From Planctomycetota bacterium (GTDB lineage Bacteria > Planctomycetota > MHYJ01 > WSZJ01): a stretch of DNA of 64,000 nt. Positions 1 to 11,007 of the stretch are shown in pieces. Location: assembly GCA_038060895.1 (NCBI GenBank), contig JBBTCT010000005.1, forward strand, positions 37,713-101,712, written 5' to 3'. Each line of letters opens with the position of its first letter. The first letter of the stretch is position 1. A program made the position numbers and the translations under genes. Under the pieces are notes generated by a model. It saw only the letters and a list, made by a program, of their open reading frames with translations, was not told where the DNA came from and did not search any database.

Positions 1-257
1 ATCGCAAGGTTTCCACGAGACGATTGCTCAACGTAAAACAGCACGATGGGAAGTGCCAGGGCAAGGACGTGATGGCGCGGATTGAACCAACGCTTCGTCT
101 TGATCGCGGCCTGCCAGACTGGATTCAGCTCGTAGTGTTCTGAACGGAAGTGGCTTGCATACTCTCGCCCGGCCATGCGGGCGCCCAGGATGGTCAGCGC
201 GTAGTCCACGAGCATGATCGGCGCGAGCAGGAGAACTTCCCAGTGGTCCCAGTTCAT
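1..257 (-). CDS. Small membrane protein, DUF5658-like, partial (runs off left edge)
   Basis: Not in the ORF track. Manual translation from ATG at 257: MNWDHWEVLLLAPIMLVDYALTILGARMAG...HYELNPVWQ...VLALALPIVLFY. Hydrophobic segments with a D-x3-T...ELNP pattern. Confidence 0.55.
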   Translation of the reverse strand, partial: MNWDHWEVLLLAPIMLVDYALTILGARMAGREYASHFRSEHYELNPVWQAAIKTKRWFNPRHHVLALALPIVLFYVEQSSRGNLA

Positions 258-339
258 CAAGCCCTTCTTCCGCGTGTGTGGGTGATCGCTGCATTCTCCT
301 CCTCAATAATGGCCAACGTCCATCCGAAGCTCCTCGTCG

Positions 340-1470
340 TCAGAGCCACCTGTTTAGTTCTGCCAGGCACTCCGCAACCGGAACAACGTCCACTCCCCGG
401 TCGTGCCACCTCCGGCTCCCGAGATGCACCAGGCACGCTTTCGCGCCTGGATAGTCCTCCATAAACTTGCGCAAGCCCCGGAAATCCTCTGACCGGACCC
501 GCTCCGAGGCCTTCACCTCGAACGCGCGCAGGCCGCGCTCGCCGTAGAGCACGAAGTCCACTTCTTCTCCTGCCGCGGTACGCCAGTAATGAAGGCCGTA
601 ACCGAGGTTGCCGTAATCGTTGCCGGCGCGGAGATGATGAAGGAACAGCGTCTCAAGCGCGGGCCCACGAATTTCTTCCGGAGAGTCGAGCGGTCCTCGC
701 GGCCGGATCGCCTGAAAGACACCGGCGTCGAAGAAGTAGAACTTGGGGTGAAGCGCGACGCGCCGCTTGGCGCGACGCGTGAAGGCCGGCAGCCTGAAAC
801 CGATGAGGAGGTCTTCGAGGATGCTGAAGTAGTTTTCGACAACCATGCTGGAAATCGAGCAGTCCCGTGCGACCGAAGCATTGTTGAGTACGGCGCCCTG
901 GGAGAAGCTCGCCGCCTCGAGGAAGCGGCTGAACGCTTCGAGACTTCGCGCGAACCCCTCCTGCTGTACTTCCTCGCGCAGGTAGGAAACCACGTAGCTC
1001 TTCAGGTAGTCCATCGGGTCATCGCCCGTGAACGCCATCGGAAGCCCGCCGAACCGCAGCAGGCGCTTCAGGTCGAAGTCCTTCCCGAGTTCCGGAGCGA
1101 TCAGCGGATGCATGCGGCGGGTCACGGCGCGCCCGGCCAGGAGGTTGACGCCCCGCCGGCGCAGCTTCCGGGCGCTCGAGCCGGTCAAGGCGAATTTAAT
1201 CCGGCGGGATTCGATGAGGCGGTGGACTTCGTTCAGCAACTCGGGGACCCGCTGGACTTCGTCCACGACGACCCACTCCCGGTGGCCCGCGGGAATCCGC
1301 TCACCAAGCCGCTGGGGCGCTCCGAGGAGGTCCGAGTATGAAGCGGGGTCCAGGAGGTCGAAGACGAGCGCCCCGGGCAGCCTCTCCCGGAGCCAGGCGG
1401 TTTTTCCGACGCCGCGGGGCCCGAAAAGGAAGAAGCTCTTCGAGGGGACCTGTAACAATCTTGTATACAT
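340..1470 (-). CDS. AAA_14 ATP-binding protein with C-terminal DUF4143
   Basis: Walker A GPRGVGKT, Walker B VVVDEVQ, LTGSS, LAGRA, KFYFFDAG, C-terminal EVDF...FEVK PD-(D/E)xK-like tail. Confidence 0.9.
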   Translation of the reverse strand: MYTRLLQVPSKSFFLFGPRGVGKTAWLRERLPGALVFDLLDPASYSDLLGAPQRLGERIPAGHREWVVVDEVQRVPELLNEVHRLIESRRIKFALTGSSARKLRRRGVNLLAGRAVTRRMHPLIAPELGKDFDLKRLLRFGGLPMAFTGDDPMDYLKSYVVSYLREEVQQEGFARSLEAFSRFLEAASFSQGAVLNNASVARDCSISSMVVENYFSILEDLLIGFRLPAFTRRAKRRVALHPKFYFFDAGVFQAIRPRGPLDSPEEIRGPALETLFLHHLRAGNDYGNLGYGLHYWRTAAGEEVDFVLYGERGLRAFEVKASERVRSEDFRGLRKFMEDYPGAKACLVHLGSRRWHDRGVDVVPVAECLAELNRWL

Positions 1471-1579
1471 GGTTTAAGAATATCATACAAAAATCAAGTT
1501 GATATACAGTTTTGTAATGGGACTCCCTGCCCGGGACAGTTTGCCTCCCGCGGAAATAGAATCTGCTAATCTTCCCCCA

Positions 1580-3814
1580 ATGGCGCTGTTCGCGATCTCC
1601 CTCTTCATCAGTTCCACGCTCCTGTTCCTCATCCAGCCGATGGAGGCGAAGCGCCTGCTTCCGCTGCTCGGCGGGACTCCGGCGGTGTGGAACACGTGCA
1701 TGCTGTTCTTCCAGGCCCTGCTCCTCGCGGGCTACGCGTACTCGCATTTCCTCACGGAGAAAGGGACTCCGCGGCGGCAGGTGATGATTCACGCTGTCGT
1801 GCTGCTGCTTCCGTTTCTCAGCCTGGCGATGGGGCTGCCGGACTGGACTCCGCCTGTCGATGCGAACCCGGTTCCGTGGCTTCTGGCGATCCTCGCGGTC
1901 TCGGTGGGGCTGCCATTCTTCGCGGTCTCAACGACCGCGCCGCTGCTGCAGCGATGGTTTTCCGGAACGGCGCACGCCGCAGCGAAGGATCCCTACTTTC
2001 TCTTCGCGGCCAGCAACCTCGGGAGCATGGTCGCGCTTCTGGCCTACCCGGTCCTCGTCGAGCCGTGGCTGCGCCTGAACCAGCAGCGCTGGAGCTGGAT
2101 CGCCGGCTACGCGATCTTCGTCGCCCTGATGTTCGCCTGCATGACGAAGATCCGTCCTGCGAAAGAGGAAGCGCTGCCGGAGGAAGCGTCCCCGGGCTGG
2201 CCTCGCCGGCTGCGGTGGATCGCGCTCGCGTTCGTGCCCTCGAGCCTCATGCTCGGCATGACGACGTACGCGACGACCAACATCACGCCGTTCCCGCTGC
2301 TCTGGGTGATTCCGCTGGCGGCCTACCTGCTGTCGTTCATCGTCGTCTTCGCCCGGAAGCCGGTTCTCCGGCACACGTGGATGCTGGCGATCCAGCCCGT
2401 TGCGCTTATCCCGCTTGCCGCGCTCTTTCACTGGAAGCAGGGCGAGTTCAATTACGCGGTCATGTTTCCGCTTCATCTCGTCGCCTTCTTCCTCACCGCG
2501 ATGGTCTGCCACGGCGAGATGGCGGCGCTTCGGCCCGGGCCGCGGCGCCTCACGGAGTTCTACCTGTGCATGTCGCTCGGCGGCGTGCTCGGCGGGGCCT
2601 TCAACTCGATCATCGCCCCGCTGGCCTTCAAGACGCTCGCCGAGTATCCGCTGATACTCGTCGCGTCGTGTCTGCTGCGCCCTGGCGTTCCCGTGAAGCG
2701 GCCGGAGATCGCCGCGCTCATCGACCTTGGATGGCTGATGGGGTTGTGGTTCGTCGCCCTGGCGATCCTGGCGGCGTTCCTTCCCTCCAACCCGCTCCTT
2801 GTTCTCGTCCCGGCGGGCGTTGTCTGTTTCTTCATGACGCGCCGGCCTATCCGGTACGCGATGGGAATCATTTCGCTGCTGGCGGTGGGCGCGATGGCTC
2901 CCGGGCTCGAAGCGATGTTTCGCGGGCTACGGCATCCTGAGGACGCGGGGAGCTGGCAGGCTTCCTCTTCCGGCGCCGCGGCGGACGAGTCCAAAGTTGG
3001 TGTTCTCCGCTGGGAGCGCAACTTCTTCGGCGCCCTCCGCGTCGAAGCCAAGCCGGACGGCAGCCATTCCGAGATTCACGGCAGCGTCCTGCACGGCGTC
3101 CAGGACATGCGCAATCCCCGCGAGCCGCTGACGTACTTCCATCGCGGCAGCGCGATCGGGCTAGTCTTCGCGGCGTACGACGCGAAACTCGCCGGCGCGG
3201 ACATCTCGGTCGTCGGCCTGGGCATCGGCACAATGGCCGCGTACGGCAAGGCGGGCCAGACCTGGACCTTCTGGGAGATCAATCCCATCGTGAATGAGAT
3301 CGCCCGCGACCCCGCGTGCTTCACTTACCTCCGGGATTGCCTCGCCCACGTCGACGTCGTGCTCGGCGACGGCCGTCTCACTTTGCAGAACGCGCCCGAC
3401 GGCCGCTTCACTCTCATGGCCTTCGACGCCTTCACGTCCGAGTCCATCCCCATTCACCTCGTCACCCGCGAGGCAATTCAAACCTACCTGAAGAAGCTCG
3501 CGCCGGGCGGCCTGATGGCCTTCCACATCTCGGCGCGCTTCATCGACCTCCGGCCCGTCCTGCGCGAACTCGCGCGGGACGCCGGCCTCGCGTGTCGCGT
3601 CCGGAACGAAGCGGAGCTTCCGCCCGCGGAGCAACAGGCCCACAAGATCAACTCGACGTGGTTCCTGATGGCGCGGAGCGAGCAGGACTTCGAGCCGTTG
3701 AAAGGCATTCCCGATTTCAGGACGCCCGACTCGCTGCCGGCGGCGTCGGTGTGGACGGACGATTTCTCCAACATCCTTCAAGTCCTGCGCTTGGGCGGTT
3801 TGAGACGGCCGTAG
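1580..3814 (+). CDS. Fused multi-TM membrane protein / spermidine-synthase-like SAM-dependent domain
   Basis: QPM...LLPLLGGTPAVWNTCMLFFQ, DPYFLFAASNLGS, CHGE...LTEFYLCMSLGGVLGG, then VVGLGIGTMA, EINP, GDGR, DAF. Start taken at ATG 1580. Confidence 0.88.
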   Translation: MALFAISLFISSTLLFLIQPMEAKRLLPLLGGTPAVWNTCMLFFQALLLAGYAYSHFLTEKGTPRRQVMIHAVVLLLPFLSLAMGLPDWTPPVDANPVPWLLAILAVSVGLPFFAVSTTAPLLQRWFSGTAHAAAKDPYFLFAASNLGSMVALLAYPVLVEPWLRLNQQRWSWIAGYAIFVALMFACMTKIRPAKEEALPEEASPGWPRRLRWIALAFVPSSLMLGMTTYATTNITPFPLLWVIPLAAYLLSFIVVFARKPVLRHTWMLAIQPVALIPLAALFHWKQGEFNYAVMFPLHLVAFFLTAMVCHGEMAALRPGPRRLTEFYLCMSLGGVLGGAFNSIIAPLAFKTLAEYPLILVASCLLRPGVPVKRPEIAALIDLGWLMGLWFVALAILAAFLPSNPLLVLVPAGVVCFFMTRRPIRYAMGIISLLAVGAMAPGLEAMFRGLRHPEDAGSWQASSSGAAADESKVGVLRWERNFFGALRVEAKPDGSHSEIHGSVLHGVQDMRNPREPLTYFHRGSAIGLVFAAYDAKLAGADISVVGLGIGTMAAYGKAGQTWTFWEINPIVNEIARDPACFTYLRDCLAHVDVVLGDGRLTLQNAPDGRFTLMAFDAFTSESIPIHLVTREAIQTYLKKLAPGGLMAFHISARFIDLRPVLRELARDAGLACRVRNEAELPPAEQQAHKINSTWFLMARSEQDFEPLKGIPDFRTPDSLPAASVWTDDFSNILQVLRLGGLRRP

Positions 3815-3837
3815 CGTGGCCCCGCGTGCGTTGATCC

Positions 3838-4188
3838 CTACTTACCGGCGATCACGCTGAATCCGCCGTACAAGAGCCGCTTGCAGTCGAAGGGCGGCTC
3901 GCCGCAAGGCGTGTTTCCCATGGCCTTCATGACCTTCGCGTTCACGGCGTTCCTGTGCGCCTTCGAGCGGAAGACGATCCAGGCGAGCACCACCGTTTCG
4001 CCCGAGCGGACGCGCAGCCCCCTGGGAAACGGGATGCCGAACGCGGGCTTCCTCTCCTCGACGACGCACTCCTGGTAGTCGAGCGCGCCGTGCTTGAGCC
4101 AGAGGCGCTTCCCCATCCGCGCCATTTTCGTGTAGGCCTTCACATTTTTCGTCGGGATCGGGATCAGGAAGCCGTCGGCGTAGCGCAT
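3838..4188 (-). CDS. DUF1428 family protein
   Basis: MRYADGF...HGALDYQEC...ETVV..WI.F.SK.HR..VNAKVM...PFD.KR..YGGF family pattern. Confidence 0.88.
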   Translation of the reverse strand: MRYADGFLIPIPTKNVKAYTKMARMGKRLWLKHGALDYQECVVEERKPAFGIPFPRGLRVRSGETVVLAWIVFRSKAHRNAVNAKVMKAMGNTPCGEPPFDCKRLLYGGFSVIAGK

Positions 4189-4316
4189 GGGATCTCCTGA
4201 AGGGTTCGGGGCACGGGCGCTTGCGGGAGCCTACATCCGCGATGGATATTGTCCATGCAACGAAACCGGGTGTGACCCGATGCCTGCTGCGTTTTCGGGA
4301 ATGTTATGATCCGCTC

Positions 4317-4673
4317 ATGGTTCAGACGCTTCCCGCTCCGAAAGACGCCCGCGGTCACGTGATCGCACTGGAACCGATCTCGGGGCTGCTCGACCTCATC
4401 CAGTCGTCGCTTCACCCCACGGCCGTGTGGCTCTTCGGGAGCCGCGCCCGGGGCGAAGCGAAGCCGACGAGCGACTGGGATCTCCTTGTCGTCGTGCCTG
4501 ACGACGCTCCCGCGGCGAGCGATCCCATGGCAGGCTGGAACATTCATAAGAAGGTCAAAGTTCCTGCCGACGTGATCGTCTGCCCGGCGACCGAGTTTGC
4601 CGAAGGGCGGGAGACGGTGTGCACGCTGGCGTACGAAGCGGCACATTTCGGCGTGCCCATCTATGGGTGTTGA
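4317..4673 (+). CDS. Minimal nucleotidyltransferase (MNT), putative antitoxin
   Basis: LFGSRARG...SDWDLLVVV (GS-x10-DxD). Overlaps the downstream HEPN gene. Confidence 0.85.
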   Translation: MVQTLPAPKDARGHVIALEPISGLLDLIQSSLHPTAVWLFGSRARGEAKPTSDWDLLVVVPDDAPAASDPMAGWNIHKKVKVPADVIVCPATEFAEGRETVCTLAYEAAHFGVPIYGC

Positions 4674-5100
4674 TAAGGTCATCGCGAATCTCCTGCGGGT
4701 CGCCAAGGGAGACCTGGACGACGCCCGTCGCCTCGCCGAAGTCCCCAGCCGAAACGCCATCTACCTTTGCGAGCAGGCGGCTGAGAAGGTCATCCTTGCG
4801 GTCGTTGCGTCAGAAGGAAAACACGGGAACATCCAGCACATGCTGGACAAGTTGGTCGATCTCGTTCCGGACGAGAACCCGCTCAAGTCGCAGCTGAGAA
4901 AGCTCCAGGACCTGGGCTTCTTCGCAACGTCGTACCGCTATCCGTCGTCGAGCGGCAACGTGAAGCCGCAGCCGGATCGGGCGGAATTCGATCGGCACGC
5001 TGCGAACGTCCAATTTGCATTGAACGCTGCCGTCGCTGGATTCAAAGTAGACCTGTCTAGACCGAGTTCGCCCGCGGGCAGCGCGGCGCCGCTACGTTAA
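4663..5100 (+). CDS. HEPN domain protein (MNT-HEPN pair)
   Basis: A..DL..A...AIYLCEQAAEK..KA-like helix, H.L..L, RYP. Directly follows the MNT gene. Confidence 0.85.
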   Translation: MGVDKVIANLLRVAKGDLDDARRLAEVPSRNAIYLCEQAAEKVILAVVASEGKHGNIQHMLDKLVDLVPDENPLKSQLRKLQDLGFFATSYRYPSSSGNVKPQPDRAEFDRHAANVQFALNAAVAGFKVDLSRPSSPAGSAAPLR

Positions 5101-5173
5101 CGAACCAATCGCCGGAATTGCTCTGCCCCGCGCCCTTCCGGATTTAGCCCCGACTCAATCTCACCGGATCGAT

Positions 5174-6103
5174 ATGGAAAAGGACGTAAAGATTCAGCAG
5201 ACCGCGCGGGGCGAGTTCCTTTGCGACTGCGGGTGCGGTCGGCGGTGGCCAGCGATTCTTGGCTCGCTGGCACACAGCGGTGTTACGACCCGCTTCGTCG
5301 CGCTTCCGATGATGCACAACGGTATCGCGCACTCCTGGATGGCGCTCGATCCGAGCGCGTGGCCCGAGCCGAGACTTCCGGGATGGATTCTCTTGAGAAG
5401 CTGGGTGGACCAGAAAAATCTGATCGGAAGCGTGACGAGTCCCCCCGACTCGCCGATCCGACTTCTCCAACCCTTCACATCCGGGGCGTACGGCCCCCTT
5501 CTGACGCGCGACCAAGTCCAGAGCCAACCGCAGGCCAAGACCTTGATATTTGGAATCCACGATGCCATCGCCGCCCAGCAGCGGGACCTGCGCGTGCTTT
5601 GGACGCTGGACAGATCAAGCAGACCGAATCCTCCCGCTTCTGGAAAGGGACTCGACTTCACCTTTGGGATGCCGGATTGTGTGTTCGCACTTCCCGTCGA
5701 GCAAAGATCGAGGCAGAACCTACAGAATTTCGCGGAGTGCGAGGATCGTCGGTTCGTGCGTGCCTTGCTCCCCATTCGTATAGAAGACGGCGGAGAATTG
5801 CGCATCGGCATCTGGGTTGAGATTTCCCGGGATGACTTCCGCAGGCTCTACGAAGTCTTCTGGGACGATGAGAAGGCGTATGTCGCGATGTCCGTCTCGG
5901 GCCGCATCGAGAACACTTTTCGGATCATCGGAGAGAATCTGAACGGGATTCTCGTCCGAATGGCAGCGAGAACACCCGACGAATGCCTGTTTGTGCTTGA
6001 CTCTGAGAGTGCCTGGCTGGCTTCGCTCCTGGCCCGACCCATCCCGACGGAGTCGCTGCCTGACCTGAAGTTTGAGATATTCGCCAGCGCTAGACAGGGT
6101 TAG
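5174..6103 (+). CDS. Hypothetical protein with C-terminal DUF2199-like domain
   Basis: FTFGMPD...FVRALLPIRI...IGIWVEIS..DF resembles DUF2199. N-terminal CDCGC motif. Confidence 0.6.
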   Translation: MEKDVKIQQTARGEFLCDCGCGRRWPAILGSLAHSGVTTRFVALPMMHNGIAHSWMALDPSAWPEPRLPGWILLRSWVDQKNLIGSVTSPPDSPIRLLQPFTSGAYGPLLTRDQVQSQPQAKTLIFGIHDAIAAQQRDLRVLWTLDRSSRPNPPASGKGLDFTFGMPDCVFALPVEQRSRQNLQNFAECEDRRFVRALLPIRIEDGGELRIGIWVEISRDDFRRLYEVFWDDEKAYVAMSVSGRIENTFRIIGENLNGILVRMAARTPDECLFVLDSESAWLASLLARPIPTESLPDLKFEIFASARQG

Positions 6104-6158
6104 CCGGCGCCCCGGCATTCCGTCCCAACCGTTCCCCAGAGTTCGCAGGAGGGCTCCC

Positions 6159-7175
6159 TCACCCCCTCAAGCCCGACACAATCTCATACGACCTCAGCCG
6201 CGCGGCGTGGTCGAAAACCTGGCACGAGATCATCAACTCGTCCGCCGACGTCCTTTCGACAAACCTCTTCAGCCAGTCGCGCACGGTCACGGGCGAGCCG
6301 ACGGCCGAGCAGCCGAGCATGCTGTCGATGATGAGTCGGTCCTGCGGGGTCAGGGATTCGTCGAAGCCTTCCTCCGGCGCGGCGAGGCGGCGCGGACGGC
6401 CGGTGTGCAAGTCGAGGATGACCTTGGCGAGCGAGGACCATAGCCGGCGCCCTTCGCTGTCGGCGTCGCCCGCCTTCGCTCCTTCGGAGCTTCGGCGGGG
6501 TTCCGCGGCGAAGACGTTGATGCCGGGCATCACGTAGGGTTTTGCGAGTCGCTCCGACGGGCGGAACTCCCTTCGGTACACGTCCAGCGCGGGGAGAAGC
6601 TGGGCGGGCGCGAAGTGCGAAGCGAACGCGTACGGGAGGCCGAGGTGGGCGGCGAGGCGGGCGCCGAAGAGGCTGGAGCCGAGGATCCAGACGGGGACGT
6701 CCTGGCCAGCGCAGGGAACGGCCTTGATGTGCTGGCCGGGGTGCGGAGGCTTGAAATAGTCCATCAACTCCACGACGTCCTCGGGGAAAGTGTCGGCTGC
6801 GGAAGGGTCGCGCCGTAGCGCGCGCGCCGTCTTCTGGTCACTGCCGGGAGCTCTTCCGACCCCGAGGTCGATGCGGCCCGGGAAGAGCGCCGCGAGGGTG
6901 CCGAACTGCTCGGCGATGACGAGCGGGGCGTGGTTGGGGAGCATGATGCCGCCGGCGCCGACGCGGATCGTCTTCGTGCCGGCCGCCACGTGCCCGATCA
7001 GGACCGATGTCGCGGCGCTCGCGATCCCGGGCATGCCGTGGTGCTCGGCCATCCAGAAACGCCGGTAGCCCCACTTCTCCGCGTGCTGCGCGAGGTCAAG
7101 CGTCCGGCGGAAGGCTTCGGACGCGTTGCTCCCCTGGACGATGGGGGCGAGGTCCAGGATGGAGATGGGGGTCAT
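6159..7175 (-). CDS. LLM-class flavin-dependent oxidoreductase (luciferase-like monooxygenase)
   Basis: [68 protein letters not shown]. Start overlaps the upstream stop. Confidence 0.93.
   Translation of the reverse strand: MTPISILDLAPIVQGSNASEAFRRTLDLAQHAEKWGYRRFWMAEHHGMPGIASAATSVLIGHVAAGTKTIRVGAGGIMLPNHAPLVIAEQFGTLAALFPGRIDLGVGRAPGSDQKTARALRRDPSAADTFPEDVVELMDYFKPPHPGQHIKAVPCAGQDVPVWILGSSLFGARLAAHLGLPYAFASHFAPAQLLPALDVYRREFRPSERLAKPYVMPGINVFAAEPRRSSEGAKAGDADSEGRRLWSSLAKVILDLHTGRPRRLAAPEEGFDESLTPQDRLIIDSMLGCSAVGSPVTVRDWLKRFVERTSADELMISCQVFDHAARLRSYEIVSGLRG
6469..6499. repeat. Palindromic element inserted in-frame in the LLM gene
   Basis: Minus strand CCCGCC-GAA-GCTCC-GAA-GGAGC-GAA-GGCGGG forms a nested hairpin and encodes the extra peptide [11 protein letters not shown]. 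Confidence 0.7.
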
Positions 7176-10100
7176 GTCCGGGACAGCCGCCTCTCCCACC
7201 CGGCCGCGCCCGCCGCACGCGCCTGCTCCATCGCTTCGGCCCGCAGGCGATCGGCTTCGACTGTTTCGCCGAGAGCCCGAAGAGCGCGGATCTGCGATTC
7301 GCGGATGGTGCAGGTCCAGCGAAGCGAAATGCTGCCGGCGGGCCGGCGGCGTGAAACGGCGAGCGCTTCGCCCGCGGCTTCGGCTCGCCCGGCGCGGGCC
7401 TCGGCCGCCGCCAGCGCGGCCGCGGCGACGCCCTCGCTGTAGGCGTCCCCCGCCGTGCGGGCGTAGGCCAGCGCCGTGGCGGCGTGCGTGGCGGCATCGG
7501 CAGCCGGGCGGCGGGAAAGCATTATCTGCGCATCCCAGGCGTCGACGGAATTCCCGGCTTCGAGCAACTCCTTCAACAGCTCCCCCGCCTGCGCCGCGAC
7601 AGCCGCGTCGTCGCCCTCGTATTCCGACACCTCCGCAAGCCCAAGCCTCGCTTCCGTCGCCGGCGGACGCGCGTTGATCTTGCGCGAGTACAGAAGCGCC
7701 TCCTCGAACGCCGCGCGCGCCTTCGCCCAGTCGCCCGTGTCCATGTAGAGGTTTCCGCGCGCGAGCCCCGACTCGATCATCCCCGCGGGATGCCCGAGCT
7801 TCCGGATAATCCCTTCAGCCCGCTCGAGGTGCGCCCGGGCTTCCTCCAGCCGCCCCTGCACGTGCGCAATCGTCGCCGAGCGATGCGTTGCCATGACCGT
7901 CAGGTCGGGCGCGCCGATTCCCTCGAGCTGCTCCAGCGCCTCCTTCTGCGAAGCGGCCGCGCCGTCGAAGTCGCGCAGGTGCATGAGCGACGTGCCGATC
8001 ATGATGAGCGCTTTTGCCGTGGCCGGCCGGTCGCCCGTCTCCCGGCCGATCGCCAGCGACTTCCGGTAGAGCTCGAGGGCCGCGGGGAAGCGCTGGCGGT
8101 TGGCGTGGGTGACGGCCATGTTGTGGTACGTCGTCGCGATACCAGCGCGGTCGCCGATCTTCTGCAGGATTGCGAGGCACTCGTGCCACCCTGCGAACGC
8201 TTCATCGTCGTGGCCCCGCATCCCGTCGATGATCGCAAGGTTGCTGAGCGCCGAGGCGATTGTAGGAAGGGTCCCGAGCTCGCGGAACAGGTCGAGGACT
8301 TCGCGGAGAAGGACGCGCGCGCCGTCGAGGTCACCCTGGACGCGGGCCAGGCTCGACAGTCCCTGGAGCGCGTTGGCGCGGCCGTGGCGGTTCCCGATCG
8401 TCGCGAAGAGCGCAGCCGCTTCGCGGGTCCGCCCGCGCGCGTCTTCCATGCGGGCGAGCTCGCGCAGGAGATTCCCCTGCTCGAGGAGGGACGTCGCGAG
8501 GTCGCCGGGGCGGTTCGCGGCGCGGAGGAGATCGCCCTGCTTTTCGTGCGCAGCGAGCGATCCGGCGAAATCTCCGCGCGCGCGGCGGAGCTGTCCGAGG
8601 AGCCGCTGGCGCGACGCCTCGAGCACAGTTCCTTCGGCCGGAGCAAGTGCCGCGATCCGGGCGCCGGCGTCCTCGACGACGGCCAGCGCCTCGTCGTAGC
8701 GCGCGACTTCCACGAGTCGCTCCGCGAGGCAGAGCCGCGTGCCGACTCCGCCGCTCCCCTCGGCGTCCGCGGCGACCGCGGCCGCGAGCGATTCCTCCTG
8801 CCTCCCCAGCATCGCCAGAGCGCGCGACGCGACGAGGCGCGCTTCCGCGGACCCCGAGTCCGCCGCTTCCGCAGCCGCGGGCGCGAATTGTCCGAGCATG
8901 AGATGCGAGCGCGCCGCGAGAAGCGCCGCTTCCGCCCCGCCGCCGGCGCGGCGAGCCTCCGTGGCCCAGCCCAGCGCTTCGCCCGGCACGCCGGCATCAA
9001 GCGCCTGCCGCCCGACGTCGAGCCAGAGGCGGGCTGCGTCGAGGGGCTGGCCCGCAAGCTCGAGGTGCGTCGCCGCCAGGGCCGCGACGGACCGGCCGCC
9101 GCCGTGCGCGCGAAGGCTCGCGGCGACGCGGGCGTGGAGGGCGCCGCGCTCTTTTTTCGGGAGAAGCGCGTACGCCGCGTCGCGCAGCAGCGCCTGCCGG
9201 AAGGAGAGCTCTTCGTCCCCCGCCAGGGCGCCGGGGTCGCGACACTCGACAACGCCGGAGGCCAGCGACGTCTCGAGGCCCGGCCCGGGGTCGCGCCCCC
9301 ACGCCTCGCCGAGGAGCCGCCGCCAGAAGGAGCGGCCGATCACGCTGGCGGCCTTCAGCGACTCACGGGCGCCCTCGCCCAGCGCATCCAGCCGCGCGGT
9401 CAGGATTCCCGCGAGCCCCTCCGGAATGCGCTCCGCCGAGCCAACGATCCGGTACGGCGGGCCTTCGATCAGCTTTTCGGCGACAAGGAAGCGCCCCATT
9501 TCCTCGATGAACCCCGGATGCCCGGCGCATTTTGCGCGAACGAACTCCGCGAGCCGTTCGTCTGCCTTGCCGCCGATCGAAGTTTCCAGCAGCAGGCGCG
9601 CGTCGTCCGCTTCCAGCGCGCCCAGCGCGAGCCGCTCGAATCCCGCGGGAGGGTTTCCGCGCGTGCGTGTCGTCAACAGGATCGCGACGCCGCGGCCCGC
9701 GAGCCGCTCCGCGAGCGTTCCGAGCAGCTGCACCGATTCGTCGCCCGCCCAGTGAATGTCCTCGAGCGCAATCGCCGCCGGCCCCAGCGACGACAGCCAC
9801 CGCCCCCACGCCACGCGCGTTTCAGTCGCGCGGCGAAGCGGCTCAATCGCAGCGACGCGAGTGTTTTCCAGCGCGAACCCCAGCGACATCGCCACGAGGT
9901 GCGCCCCGTTCTCCGCCGCCGTCGCATCGTCGCCGAGCTGCGCGAGGTCGGCCGCCACGCGGGCGACGACCGCGCCAACGTCGGAAGATCCCGCCCTTGC
10001 CCGCGCAACATCCCCCAGCGCCGAGTACGGAAGTCGCGCGGATTCCGGGAACCGTCCCGTCGCTGTCCACGTCCCGGGCGGCAGCGCCGCCAGGCACTCC

Positions 10101-10783
10101 TCGACCAGCCGCGTCTTCCCTGTCCCCGCTTCCCCGACAACCTCGACGAGGCCGCCGGCCGCGGCCGCCTTCGCGAGCCGCCCGAGTTCTGTCGCGCGAC
10201 CGACGAGCGGCCTCCGCGCACCCTCCTCGCCCGCCAGCGCCGTCGCCTCCCACGCCTCCACCGGCTCGGCGCGCCCCTTCACCGCAATCGCCCCGCGCGC
10301 CGTGAACGACACGCGCCCGCGCGACAGGCGGCGTACGGAAGCGCCGGCCAGCACCGTCCCCGGCACCGCGGACGCTTCGAGCCTCTGGGCGACGTTGACG
10401 GCATCGCCCATCGCCGTCGGCCGGTCGCCGCCGACGCTTCCCCACAGGACTTCCCCCGCGTTCACGCCGACGCGCAACCGCAGCTCAAGCCCGCGCTCGC
10501 GGTTGAACTTCTTCAGCTCCTCCTGCATCCCCAGCCCCGCGCATACCGCGCGGTACGCCTCGTCCCCCCGCGCCACCGGCGCCCCGAACACCGCCATCAC
10601 CGCGTCGCCGATGAACTTGTCCACCGCGCCGCCCTGCTCTTCAATCCGGACGCGGAATACGCAAAACAGCGCGTCGACGATGTCGCGCACGTCCTCGGGG
10701 TCGAGAGTCTCGGAGAGCGAAGTGAAGCCCTTGAGGTCCGAGAAAAGGACGGTGACGAAACGGCGTTCTCCCGCGCTGCCCAT
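7172..10783 (-). CDS. Class III adenylate/guanylate cyclase - AAA/STAND ATPase - TPR protein
   Basis: [41 protein letters not shown]; Walker [22 protein letters not shown]-terminal TPRs. True start MGSAGERR at 10783 (the track's N-terminal extension is spurious). Confidence 0.9.
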   Translation of the reverse strand: MGSAGERRFVTVLFSDLKGFTSLSETLDPEDVRDIVDALFCVFRVRIEEQGGAVDKFIGDAVMAVFGAPVARGDEAYRAVCAGLGMQEELKKFNRERGLELRLRVGVNAGEVLWGSVGGDRPTAMGDAVNVAQRLEASAVPGTVLAGASVRRLSRGRVSFTARGAIAVKGRAEPVEAWEATALAGEEGARRPLVGRATELGRLAKAAAAGGLVEVVGEAGTGKTRLVEECLAALPPGTWTATGRFPESARLPYSALGDVARARAGSSDVGAVVARVAADLAQLGDDATAAENGAHLVAMSLGFALENTRVAAIEPLRRATETRVAWGRWLSSLGPAAIALEDIHWAGDESVQLLGTLAERLAGRGVAILLTTRTRGNPPAGFERLALGALEADDARLLLETSIGGKADERLAEFVRAKCAGHPGFIEEMGRFLVAEKLIEGPPYRIVGSAERIPEGLAGILTARLDALGEGARESLKAASVIGRSFWRRLLGEAWGRDPGPGLETSLASGVVECRDPGALAGDEELSFRQALLRDAAYALLPKKERGALHARVAASLRAHGGGRSVAALAATHLELAGQPLDAARLWLDVGRQALDAGVPGEALGWATEARRAGGGAEAALLAARSHLMLGQFAPAAAEAADSGSAEARLVASRALAMLGRQEESLAAAVAADAEGSGGVGTRLCLAERLVEVARYDEALAVVEDAGARIAALAPAEGTVLEASRQRLLGQLRRARGDFAGSLAAHEKQGDLLRAANRPGDLATSLLEQGNLLRELARMEDARGRTREAAALFATIGNRHGRANALQGLSSLARVQGDLDGARVLLREVLDLFRELGTLPTIASALSNLAIIDGMRGHDDEAFAGWHECLAILQKIGDRAGIATTYHNMAVTHANRQRFPAALELYRKSLAIGRETGDRPATAKALIMIGTSLMHLRDFDGAAASQKEALEQLEGIGAPDLTVMATHRSATIAHVQGRLEEARAHLERAEGIIRKLGHPAGMIESGLARGNLYMDTGDWAKARAAFEEALLYSRKINARPPATEARLGLAEVSEYEGDDAAVAAQAGELLKELLEAGNSVDAWDAQIMLSRRPAADAATHAATALAYARTAGDAYSEGVAAAALAAAEARAGRAEAAGEALAVSRRRPAGSISLRWTCTIRESQIRALRALGETVEADRLRAEAMEQARAAGAAGWERRLSRT

Positions 10784-10796
10784 CGGCGCATTGTAG

Positions 10797-11000
10797 GGGC
10801 GACCCCGCGATGGGCACCATGGCACGCTGAAGCGCAATAACGAGGTCAGCGAAGTCGAGCGCGGCACGCCTCTCGGCTTGATCCGCATGGGTTCGCAGGT
10901 GGACGTGTGGACGGTCCCCGGCGAGTTCAAGCCGCTCCGCTCGCCGGGCGAAAGGGTGCGCGCGGGAGACATGGTCCTGGGAACGCGCAGGACGAGCTGA
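10797..11000 (+). pseudogene. C-terminal fragment of a phosphatidylserine decarboxylase-like protein
   Basis: Not in the track. Open frame between TAG (10794) and TGA (10998) reads EVERGTPLGLIRMGSQVDVW...PGERVRAGDMVLG, matching the Psd GS cleavage-site region. The N-terminal part is absent. Confidence 0.65.
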
Positions 11001-11007
11001 CCCCCGT

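Noticed and set aside
340-6103. Defence island or mobile element (AAA_14, MNT-HEPN, DUF2199-like)
   Set aside because: Scattered common accessory genes interleaved with ordinary ones; no integrase, transposase or att sites seen.
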